Part shown: piece after piece, positions 56,821-64,000 of the stretch
Layout of the letters: the number at the start of each line of letters is the position of its first letter
Position numbering within the stretch: position 1 is the first letter of the stretch
Source of the DNA: Candidatus Microgenomatus sp.
GTDB lineage: Bacteria; Patescibacteriota; Minisyncoccia; UBA6257; GWB1-50-10
DNA: 64,000 nt
NCBI GenBank assembly: GCA_020724805.1
Contig: DYGI01000001.1
Coordinates: 303,157-367,156 of the forward strand
Direction: 5' to 3'
The notes under the pieces: generated by a model
What the model was told of the DNA's origin: nothing
Database searches by the model: none
What the model saw: only the letters and a program-made list of their open reading frames with translations
Made by a program: the position numbers and the translations under genes

Positions 56821-56871
56821 TCCCCATGACCCTCCAAAATCTTTCATTACTCGTAATGGCCATCGCGGTGG
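56821..56871. repeat. 51-nt perfect direct repeat, copy 2 (encodes a truncated 26-aa duplicate of the N-terminus of the gene at 54988)
   Basis: Exact copy of 54983..55033; the ORF ATGACCCTCC... terminates after 26 codons at 56906. Confidence 0.95.
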
Positions 56872-56892
56872 AAAAGAAACGGCCATCAGTTT

Positions 56893-57147
56893 CTATTGAA
56901 TTCTGATGGCCGCGAGAATGAAGATAATGAGAACGATGAGGGCGACGCCGAAGGGGATAGGATTCTGTGCGATGAAGTGACCAAGCGAGCGGCCCATCCA
57001 TCGTACAAATGTGGCGAGTTGTCGCCCCGTCCACCCTCGGAAGCGATTCGCCTGCGCGGGGCTCACCATATAGATAATCGCGTAGCACGTGAGCCACATC
57101 CCCGTGAGCAGCGCTACCCACTGCATGGAATATTCGAAAAGAGTCAT
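56893..57147 (-). CDS. Hypothetical small membrane protein (84 aa, two TM helices)
   Basis: Divergent from the gene at 57318; a palindromic operator-like site lies between them. Confidence 0.4.
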   Translation of the reverse strand: MTLFEYSMQWVALLTGMWLTCYAIIYMVSPAQANRFRGWTGRQLATFVRWMGRSLGHFIAQNPIPFGVALIVLIIFILAAIRIQ

Positions 57148-57214
57148 AAGGTCCTCTTTTTGGTTTTGAAAGATCGGCGACGCACAACCTATCGTGAATT
57201 GTGTGGATGCATTA

Positions 57215-57231
57215 TAGCATATTATATGCTA
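57215..57231. promoter_or_regulatory. Perfect 17-bp palindrome TAGCATATTATATGCTA in a divergent intergenic region
   Basis: Arms tagcatat/atatgcta; located between the minus-strand gene at 56893..57147 and the plus-strand gene at 57318. Confidence 0.45.
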
Positions 57232-57317
57232 ATATGTCAATATGTGTATATTTAGCGTGGTATCAGTTCTCAGTCAATGCACTTCCAATGTTTGTGGGAT
57301 AAAATGGAGGTGTGAGC

Positions 57318-58073
57318 ATGGAAATGTCCAACACGATGGAGCTTAGACCAGAGAAGGAATCGCTCGGTCCGGAATTCCTCGCCGAGCAGGCCCGGCTTCC
57401 GCGCGAGGAATGGGACGAGCGTTTTCGTATACTCGTCGCGAAGAAGAGCGAGGAAAATCAAAAGGTGATTGCGGAGGGGGTGGAAGAAGGTCCGGAGTCG
57501 CCGGAGGAGCGCGTGTTCCGCCGCTATTGCGACGGGCTTGGGCTCGACGAAGAATCGCTCCACGGAAAGCGCATCGTGGACTTTGGGTGCGGCGAGGAAG
57601 GGGAATTCGTAAAATATTGCATTGAGCACGGAATCACCACGGAAGTCTACGGTGTGGACGCGCAGGTGGACGAGTCTTTGGTGGAAGAGAAATTCAAAAA
57701 ACACCTCGTGAAAGGATATTTTGAAGATGAAGCGCCGGTACGCGATGCGGATTACGTGATTTCCGTGGGGGCGGTATCAAATGAGATATGGGGAGGCGAA
57801 ACGCAGGGGGATATTGAGAAAATACTCGCGCGTGCCGTGGACGCACTGAAAGACGGCGGAGAGATAAGAATGTACCCGATACAGGAAGCCGCCCGCGCGA
57901 CCCCGCTGGAAGGGCTTGCGGCATCACGGGAAAGATGGAAAGAGATACTGGACGCATTTGCCGCGGACCACGGCGTGGAATATCGGCTGGAACCGCGCGA
58001 TATCAAAGTGGCAGGAAACGACAACGACATCATCCTTGAATCGGTGCTTGTGATGAAAAGGAAACATAAATAG
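57318..58073 (+). CDS. Class I SAM-dependent methyltransferase-like protein
   Basis: Motif I IVDFGCGEEG; post-I acidic VYGVD; DYVIS. ATG 57318 is preferred because RBS ggagg sits 7 nt upstream. Confidence 0.55.
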   Translation: MEMSNTMELRPEKESLGPEFLAEQARLPREEWDERFRILVAKKSEENQKVIAEGVEEGPESPEERVFRRYCDGLGLDEESLHGKRIVDFGCGEEGEFVKYCIEHGITTEVYGVDAQVDESLVEEKFKKHLVKGYFEDEAPVRDADYVISVGAVSNEIWGGETQGDIEKILARAVDALKDGGEIRMYPIQEAARATPLEGLAASRERWKEILDAFAADHGVEYRLEPRDIKVAGNDNDIILESVLVMKRKHK

Positions 58074-58123
58074 CTCCTCCCACTGACCCCCGACAGCAGT
58101 AAACAGCTAGACGGGCAGGCTGA

Positions 58124-58165
58124 AACAAAAAGCCGCTCACGCTGTACGAACAACGTGAGCGGTAT
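58124..58165 (-). terminator. Rho-independent terminator (minus strand)
   Basis: ccgctcacg-ctgtacgaacaa-cgtgagcgg preceded on the plus strand by aaacaaaaa. Confidence 0.6.
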
Positions 58166-58182
58166 ACTTATGTGCCGGCGGT

Positions 58183-58404
58183 TCAGGCGGGAGTTGGGGT
58201 GAAATTGGGCGGACCGGAGCAGTTGTCTCCCAGCGCCCTCATGGACTTCTCTTCCCGTCGCCGGCGAATGATGGATTCAATGTCGCTCCCTTTTGCGCAC
58301 ACGAACCCCGCACCTCCCTCCAACGCGAGGAAACTGCAGGTTTCGGATCCTTTTCCCCGCTTGCAGAGCGTTTGCATGCGTGCTTCATCGACCTTGGTGG
58401 CCAT
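58183..58404 (-). CDS. Hypothetical small Cys-containing protein (73 aa)
   Basis: RBS aagggagg 5 nt upstream of the ATG; dedicated terminator downstream. Confidence 0.45.
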   Translation of the reverse strand: MATKVDEARMQTLCKRGKGSETCSFLALEGGAGFVCAKGSDIESIIRRRREEKSMRALGDNCSGPPNFTPTPA

Positions 58405-58470
58405 AGTACCTCCCTTTGCTGGTGAGCGAATACTGACGCCACCTTACCACCGCTCCGCCCCGGGAGTCAA

Positions 58471-58500
58471 TTGACAAATACCACCAATCGGTGGTATTTT
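58471..58500 (+). promoter_or_regulatory. Sigma-70-like promoter TTGACA-18-TATTTT with a 20-bp perfect palindrome (ATACCACCAATCGGTGGTAT) in the spacer
   Basis: TTGACA at 58471-58476, palindrome at 58478-58497, -10 at 58495-58500; a second palindrome gtcaattgac overlaps the -35. Confidence 0.5.
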
Positions 58501-58546
58501 GTTTTCAGCCCTAATTAACTTATTTTCCATTAAAACGGAGGTTTGT

Positions 58547-58912
58547 ATGAACCGCAAAGAATCCATCGGTGAGCGTATTCGCTCCCTTTGGTTTGATGTC
58601 CAACTGCTCATGCTCATCGGCTACATGTTGATCGGCGGGTTCCAGACAATTCGATGGGCCGGTCAGATCGGTGTGAAAGAGCCGCAAACCGCCGCAATCA
58701 CCATCGGGCCGGAAACGGGCCTGGGGCAAGCAATGCCCTTCAGCGACCTTTCACCGGGTACGTACCGCGTGATCGCGCAAGCCGACGACTACACGACCAT
58801 CCTCGCGGCGGTTGTGCCGACGGGGGACATCCCGCTCCTCGTTCGGGACGTGCCCAAGCACCTTCTCAAGAAAGGCACTTTCCGGTATGGGACGTTCCTT
58901 GATTCCGTTTGA
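58547..58912 (+). CDS. Hypothetical protein with an N-terminal TM helix (121 aa)
   Basis: RBS aaacggagg; terminator at 58924..58966. Confidence 0.5.
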   Translation: MNRKESIGERIRSLWFDVQLLMLIGYMLIGGFQTIRWAGQIGVKEPQTAAITIGPETGLGQAMPFSDLSPGTYRVIAQADDYTTILAAVVPTGDIPLLVRDVPKHLLKKGTFRYGTFLDSV

Positions 58913-58923
58913 CGCTTTGCATC

Positions 58924-58966
58924 CGGCGGGTGACGCATTTTCATGCGCCACCCGTTTTTTGTTGGT
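58924..58966 (+). terminator. Rho-independent terminator
   Basis: ggcgggtgacgcat-tttc-atgcgccacccg followed by tttttt. Confidence 0.7.
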
Positions 58967-58984
58967 TTGAAGTAGAATTGATTT

Positions 58985-59431
58985 ATGCAAGGTAATCGAA
59001 CGAAAACGCTCCTCGCGCGGGTGAAAGAGCTGCGGCTGCCCACGGAGCAGTACGTTATTTTCGGGAGCGGACCCATGGTGGTGCGGGGATTACGCGAGTG
59101 CAAGGATATCGACATACTCGTTTCCGAAAGTGTTTTTCGAGAATACAGGGATAAGCCCGGATGGACGACGAAAAAATTCGGTGACGGCTCGGATTATCTG
59201 GAAAACGACGGCATCGAACTTTGGGCCGAATGGGGGCCGGGGGAGTGGAACGAAGCAGCGCTTATTCGCGAAGTGGAAATAATAGACGGGTTGCCGTTCG
59301 TTCCGTTGGAAATGATGCTCAAGTGGAAGAAAATCTGTGGCCGCCCGAAAGACCTCGCGGACGTAAAGACGGTGGAGGAATACCTGAAACGAAATAACCT
59401 CTTCGAGCTCGTCGAGACTGAGTCTTTCTGA
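58985..59431 (+). CDS. Minimal nucleotidyltransferase (Pol-beta-like NTase fold) protein
   Basis: IFGSGPMVVRGLRECKDIDILV matches the hG[GS]x9-13 Dh[DE]h NTase signature. Confidence 0.55.
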   Translation: MQGNRTKTLLARVKELRLPTEQYVIFGSGPMVVRGLRECKDIDILVSESVFREYRDKPGWTTKKFGDGSDYLENDGIELWAEWGPGEWNEAALIREVEIIDGLPFVPLEMMLKWKKICGRPKDLADVKTVEEYLKRNNLFELVETESF

Positions 59432-59506
59432 GACGAATGTCCTGAAGGCTCCTCAGAGCCTGAACGGCCCTCCCACTGATCCGACCGTATAAACAAACGC
59501 CGCTTG

Positions 59507-59686
59507 CTATGAAGCGGCGCCTTCGATGATGCGGGGCTCCTCCATGCCGGGAGCGCAATAATAGAGATGGTCCATCGCGATGCGGGTTTCGGGAATCCAG
59601 AGGCGATGGCAACGCGGACAACGCGTTGGAATTTTCATAAGGTCCCTACCTACGCATTCCGGGCATTGCTCGGGCGTGTCAGACAT
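59507..59686 (-). CDS. Small zinc-ribbon protein (59 aa)
   Basis: RBS aaggaga 5 nt upstream of the ATG; CPEC...CPRC; terminator hairpin plus a T-run downstream. Confidence 0.45.
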   Translation of the reverse strand: MSDTPEQCPECVGRDLMKIPTRCPRCHRLWIPETRIAMDHLYYCAPGMEEPRIIEGAAS

Positions 59687-59839
59687 GGCTATCTCCTTAA
59701 TGGTGGCCTATCAAAAACATGCTATTTTCCCTATTAAAAGTCAATTATCTGAGCCTATAATTTGCCTTCCCTTGGCCTTTCTGTTATTACTGCATTTAGA
59801 GCGTTTTTGACATCATCCAATAACGAAAGGAGTAAGGAT

Positions 59840-60625
59840 ATGAAAACCACACATGCGGTAGAAAGAAACGCGGAAACCCGTATTTCCGCAGATGTTCTCC
59901 CGCTCAGCCATCTTGAATCGGTGGCGCTGGGATTTCTTGCATTGGCAGCAGGAGCCAGCTTCTTCAAGGAGTGGCTCACCGAGCGCCTATCCGAACGCAC
60001 GCTCGCTTTGCCGGACATCATCGAGATTCCCGCATTCGAGCCCGCGCACATCGAATGGATCCCTCCGATCAGCCCTGCAGTAGCCGAGAGGAAGCTCATT
60101 TGGCTGCTGAACGAGATGGAGTATGCTCCGGAGCGTCAGCGGCAGAGGGTCATCAATATCCTGAACCTGTCACATCAGACTCCCATACCGAAGGCCGCTG
60201 CGTGGGGTATCGTCTTTAACGAGACGCTGGGGGTATTCGTCGCGGGTCACCCATTCAGATTCAACACGCTTGTGGACTACTCACAGACTGTAATTGTGGG
60301 TCCCGAGTGGACTCGGTTGAAATCGCACGAGCTCACCAAGTGTGTAAGCAGGGTGAGCCTGATGGCGACGGCGAAGTGTATCGAACACGCCAGCTTCAAG
60401 CTGGAGCGGCTCGAGCCCGAAGTCAGCTCCTGGCTTCTTGAGGGATCAGGTGTGCGGCTGTATGGCGCCGAAAGCGGGCAAAGCTTCAACGATGTTCTGG
60501 CCCGTGTCCGCGAATCCGGTCTGCCGTACGCTTTTCTCTCCGAAAAGGTGGATATGCTGGCACTGCAGCCCTGCATTACCGGCAGTTACGAAACTCTTCT
60601 CGCCGAACTGACCCCAGTCGAGTGA
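59840..60625 (+). CDS. Hypothetical protein (261 aa)
   Basis: RBS aaaggag 7 nt upstream of the ATG; no recognisable motif. Confidence 0.5.
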   Translation: MKTTHAVERNAETRISADVLPLSHLESVALGFLALAAGASFFKEWLTERLSERTLALPDIIEIPAFEPAHIEWIPPISPAVAERKLIWLLNEMEYAPERQRQRVINILNLSHQTPIPKAAAWGIVFNETLGVFVAGHPFRFNTLVDYSQTVIVGPEWTRLKSHELTKCVSRVSLMATAKCIEHASFKLERLEPEVSSWLLEGSGVRLYGAESGQSFNDVLARVRESGLPYAFLSEKVDMLALQPCITGSYETLLAELTPVE

Positions 60626-60701
60626 GTCGAGAAGTGGGAATTTCCGGGTGGTGTACTTTGGTACCCCACCCGTTTTTGTTTAGTTGAGGTAAAATAGAAT
60701 C

Positions 60702-61322
60702 ATGAATAACAATACGATTGTGGTGGGGGCGGTAGGGCTTGTGGTGGGTGCATTGCTCGGGATGTATGCAGTGCCGGCGGTGGTGCCGGAGACCTACGCG
60801 CCGCGGGGCGGGTGGGGGATGATGGGCGGTGGAATGATGGGTGCAAACTTGGACCAGCACTTCATCGCGCAGATGATACCGCACCATGACGACGCGATTG
60901 CGATGGCGGAGCTTGCGCTCGAGCGCGCGACAAAGCCCGAGATACGCACGCTTGCGGAGAACATTATCGCGGCGCAGACGCGCGAGAATGGGGAGATGCG
61001 CATGTGGTACCGCGCGTGGTTCGGCGGCGAGGTGCCGGACGTATTCCTCGCGATGGGGCACGGGATGGATCCGAGGATAACAATCGACGGGATGATGATG
61101 TATATGACCGACGTCGCACGCCTCGAGACCGCGAATCCCTTTGAGCAGGCATTTATTGAGGAGATGATTCCGCACCACGAGATGGCCGTGATGATGGCGC
61201 AGATGTTGAAAGCCGGTTCGGCGCGCCCCGAGATGCAGAAACTTGCGGATGATATCATTGCCGCACAGACCGACGAGATCAATCAGATGCGCGCGTGGTA
61301 CCGCACTTGGTACGGAAACTAG
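60702..61322 (+). CDS. DUF305-domain protein (four-helix-bundle metal-binding family), secreted/anchored
   Basis: Two repeats of the MIPHH(D/E)xA(I/V)xMA motif; N-terminal TM helix. Confidence 0.7.
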   Translation: MNNNTIVVGAVGLVVGALLGMYAVPAVVPETYAPRGGWGMMGGGMMGANLDQHFIAQMIPHHDDAIAMAELALERATKPEIRTLAENIIAAQTRENGEMRMWYRAWFGGEVPDVFLAMGHGMDPRITIDGMMMYMTDVARLETANPFEQAFIEEMIPHHEMAVMMAQMLKAGSARPEMQKLADDIIAAQTDEINQMRAWYRTWYGN

Positions 61323-61334
61323 AATTATAGAGAT

Positions 61335-61763
61335 ATGAGAGACCGTAATGAGGCGCAAGCGGTCATTGTGCGCGGGAAAGGGGATGCGCGCGCGTTTTTA
61401 ATTATCCGACGTCGCGGTGAGAACGGCATCGTCCAAATGCGCTTAGTGAAAGGAGGTATTGATGCGGGCGAAAAACCGGAAGAAGCGGTATTGCGGGAAG
61501 TTCAAGAAGAGGTCGGACTCACGAAGACAAAGGTAACCGTCGAGCTTGGTTATTACGATTACACCGTTGATGATATACGGCATTGTGTGACCTCGTTTCT
61601 TGTGGAAGCCAGCGGTGGCGAAGAAGCGGGCACTCCCTCACTCGACGAAGGCGACGCGACCATCGAAGAGGCGATATGGGTGAGCGCAGAACGCGCGCTC
61701 GAGCTTGTCACGTTTGATAACGAGAAACGGATGATGCAAAAAGCAATTGAGGCGTTGAAGTAA
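61335..61763 (+). CDS. NUDIX hydrolase
   Basis: Nudix box GGIDAGEKPEEAVLREVQEEVGL. Confidence 0.8.
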   Translation: MRDRNEAQAVIVRGKGDARAFLIIRRRGENGIVQMRLVKGGIDAGEKPEEAVLREVQEEVGLTKTKVTVELGYYDYTVDDIRHCVTSFLVEASGGEEAGTPSLDEGDATIEEAIWVSAERALELVTFDNEKRMMQKAIEALK

Positions 61764-61994
61764 CCGCTTGTGAAAATAAAAAGAGCCCGTTCGGTTGTTA
61801 CCTACTGAGGCTCTCATTGCTGACCTGGGGCCGATTAGTCGTTCTGGCCGTGGTCGCCGCCCTGTCCGTCGCAGTCGGAATCTCCGCACGGGCAGTCTTC
61901 TGGGCCGTAGCGCCGCATATCAATCCCTCCTTTCGCTCGTGAAGCTAATGTTACGGTAGAACGGAGAAAGAGGCCGGTCAAGGTCGCCTATTCT

Positions 61995-62432
61995 CTAACG
62001 TGGAGCAAGTTTCTTTAAGCGGCGCATGAGATTGTCGATTTGCCGCTTAGTGAGCACCGAACGATCGCGCCCGTCCTTATCCAGGTCGCCGATGCGGTGT
62101 TTTGGAATGATGTGGTAGTGGAGATGGGGAACGCTTTTTGCGCGGTTACCGCCGTCCCGCACAAGGACGGAAAAATCTTTCACGTTGAGTTTTGTAAGGA
62201 GCGAAGCGCCGAGTTTCAGGAGTTCGCCGATATCCTTTTCTTCCGATTTGGTGAGTTTTAAAAATGAAACGACGTGCCGCGTGGGGATTACAAGGAGATG
62301 ATACGGCGCGTACGGCGCGAGCGCGTAGGTAAGATATGCGGAACGTCTCGCTTTCAATATTTGATTCCCGCGCCCGCAGAACGGACATCGGGTACGGGCC
62401 TTTATCCAGTTTTTGTATAACATTGGTTTCAT
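61995..62432 (-). CDS. HIT-family (histidine triad) protein
   Basis: HLHYHIIP histidine-triad motif; start taken at MKPMLYKNW to avoid the divergent gene at 62471. Confidence 0.7.
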   Translation of the reverse strand: MKPMLYKNWIKARTRCPFCGRGNQILKARRSAYLTYALAPYAPYHLLVIPTRHVVSFLKLTKSEEKDIGELLKLGASLLTKLNVKDFSVLVRDGGNRAKSVPHLHYHIIPKHRIGDLDKDGRDRSVLTKRQIDNLMRRLKKLAPR

Positions 62433-62470
62433 TGTACAAAAAACGTTCGTGATTAGGGTAGAATGAAAAT

Positions 62471-62914
62471 ATGAAGACATTGCCGAAGGAATTCGGGGAG
62501 AAAAAGGAGGGAGTCGTATACGCACGGCGGCCCGGGGCGTACGCGGTATTTGTTGAAAACGGCAAAGTGGCGGTGGTGGACGTTGCCGGCAAGTATTTTC
62601 TCCCCGGAGGAGGAGTGGACGAAGGGGAATTGCCCGAAGCCGCGCTGCGCCGCGAGCTTCAGGAAGAATTGGGGTGGAAGATAGGGGAGGTGGAGGAATT
62701 AGGGAATGCGCTGGACCACTGCTTTTCCGAGAAGGCGAACGCGTATATCACCAAAGAAGAAACCTTTTTTACCGCGACGCGTACCGGCGAAGCGGGGCAT
62801 GTCGAAGAGGAGGACCATAAAATCCTTTGGCTTCCGCCCAACGAGGCGCAGCCACGCATGTTCCACCCCGGCCAAGCGTGGGCAATATCACGCGCATTCG
62901 GAGAGGTAGAATAA
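62471..62914 (+). CDS. NUDIX hydrolase
   Basis: Nudix box LPGGGVDEGELPEAALRRELQEELGW. Confidence 0.8.
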   Translation: MKTLPKEFGEKKEGVVYARRPGAYAVFVENGKVAVVDVAGKYFLPGGGVDEGELPEAALRRELQEELGWKIGEVEELGNALDHCFSEKANAYITKEETFFTATRTGEAGHVEEEDHKILWLPPNEAQPRMFHPGQAWAISRAFGEVE

Positions 62915-62918
62915 TGTT

Positions 62919-63395
62919 ATGCAGAGAAAAGGAATCAGATTTGTGGTGGCGGTAGGTGGTCCGCTTCTTGCGGGTGCGATTGGTTCCATATTTACGTCCA
63001 TATCGGTCGGCACGTGGTTTCCGACGCTTGTAAAGCCAGCGCTCAACCCTCCCGCGTGGGTTTTCGGACCTGTGTGGACATTGCTTTACGCGCTCATGGG
63101 CATTGCGGCATATCTCGTGTGGGCGAACCAAGGCGCGATGAGGGAAGAGAAAAAGCGCGCGCTTCAAATTTTTGTGCTCCAACTGGCGCTGAACGTACTT
63201 TGGTCCGTGCTTTTCTTTGGACTCCTAAGCCCGCTCGCGGCGCTCGTGAATATCGTGCTTTTGTGGTGCGCGATACTCTGGACCATATTTGCGTTCAAGG
63301 GGATCTCGCGTCCCGCGGCATGGCTTCTTGCGCCGTACCTTGCGTGGGTGACGTTTGCCACGTATCTCAATGCCGCAATTTGGTTTCTGAACTAA
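62919..63395 (+). CDS. tspO: TspO/MBR-family tryptophan-rich sensory protein
   Basis: WF..L.KPALNPPAWVFGPVWTLLY..MG.AAYLVW. Confidence 0.85.
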   Translation: MQRKGIRFVVAVGGPLLAGAIGSIFTSISVGTWFPTLVKPALNPPAWVFGPVWTLLYALMGIAAYLVWANQGAMREEKKRALQIFVLQLALNVLWSVLFFGLLSPLAALVNIVLLWCAILWTIFAFKGISRPAAWLLAPYLAWVTFATYLNAAIWFLN

Positions 63396-63574
63396 CCTCG
63401 CAAGTTTTTTGGTAGTTGACGAGTAAGATAAAGAAAGGTATAAAGAGAACGTTATGCATTGCGTATATACCAAGGCGAATATGTGGAACTCGATCTCCTG
63501 GAATCCGGAGACGTGTCTTCTGTTCAGCCGCGGTGGTTTTAGGAATTCACAGTAACGAATACCCTTATCGCTAA

Positions 63575-63610
63575 AAAAACCTCGGCTGGACGGAAGCCGA
63601 GGTTTTTCGT
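63575..63610. terminator. Bidirectional terminator hairpin
   Basis: aaaaaaa-cctcggct-ggacgg-aagccgagg-ttttt. Confidence 0.6.
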
Positions 63611-63656
63611 TCCAGTATCGGTTCTTTCACAATCACATATCAAAGGAGAGCGACAT

Positions 63657-64000
63657 GAACACGCTCGCGTTTTTGAAAGGAAAACGGGTCGCCCTCCGAC
63701 CCGTGCTTAAGGCGGACCTCCCGCATTTTATGCGGTGGCTCAACGACCCCGCGATGACCCAGTACCTCGCGGTGTATCTGCCGGTGATGGAAGGGGACGA
63801 AGAGGAATGGCTCGAGGGCCTTCGGAAAAAGAAACAGACCGACCTCGTGTTTGCCATTACTCTCGCGAACGGCACGCTTATCGGCGTGATGGGACTCCAC
63901 CGCATTGACTGGAAGGACCGCACGGCGCTGACCGGCGCCTTTTTCGGCGAAGCGCGGCACTGGGGGAAAGGGTACGGCACGGAGGCGAAGATGCTTCTCT
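63657..64000 (+). CDS. GNAT-family N-acetyltransferase (RimJ/RimL-like), truncated by the window end
   Basis: RBS aaaggagagc; LRPVLKADLPHFMRWLNDP...; the ORF runs off the window. Confidence 0.65.

Noticed and set aside
1-64000. rRNA genes, transposases or integrases, and cas genes
   Set aside because: None recognised on either strand. The tRNAs found (Pro, Ile, Ala) were folded by hand. The Ile-Ala pair is not embedded in an rRNA operon here.

Overview
This is a high-GC, tightly packed bacterial chromosomal window in which almost all genes are co-directional. Several hallmarks suggest a reduced-genome CPR/Patescibacteria-like (Parcubacteria-type) organism, which I infer from gene content and cannot verify without a search. 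No rpmD (L30) lies between rpsE and rplO, AlaRS is truncated to 582 aa, S14 is the Zn type, L24 carries a Zn-ribbon tail, and DNA-uptake genes (a split comEC, dprA, a pilO-like gene) are present. The core region (1-47 kb) holds dnaG-rpoD, alaS, a TraD/VirD4-like ATPase, efp, mnmA, comEC, aspS, ndk, tRNA-Pro, rpmB, rpsL-rpsG-fusA, two inserted non-ribosomal genes, then tuf-rpsJ. It continues with a full S10/spc ribosomal cluster (rplC through rplO, secY, adk, map), topA-dprA, tRNA-Ile and tRNA-Ala, and a small carbohydrate cluster (a DLH-PQQ dehydrogenase fusion, a ROK kinase, a GH1 beta-glucosidase, a DMT transporter, a GH-A hydrolase, glutaredoxin, cupredoxin), followed by dinB and an ECF sigma/anti-sigma pair. 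The accessory region (47.9-63.4 kb) holds an HTH-like protein paired with a GHKL ATPase, mscL, an M50 protease, DUF1428, and a type II R-M pair. It also contains a lower-GC nuclease-rich island with a three-gene cassette bounded by perfect 51-nt direct repeats (a membrane-anchored PD-(D/E)xK nuclease, a YjjX-like ITPase and a paralogous soluble nuclease), a SAM-MTase, a minimal nucleotidyltransferase, DUF305, two NUDIX proteins, a HIT protein, TspO and a partial GNAT. The most unusual non-coding signals are: (1) a three-copy family of structured palindromic leader elements whose terminal inverted repeat overlaps the start codons of rpmC, topA and the ECF sigma gene; (2) conserved cassette-junction motifs in the island (a TAGAAT-N6-ATG start module and a stop-adjacent TAGCTYCCCACTGAYC motif); and (3) a promoter/terminator-bounded candidate sRNA next to tRNA-Pro. 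I found no rRNA, transposase, integrase or cas genes.
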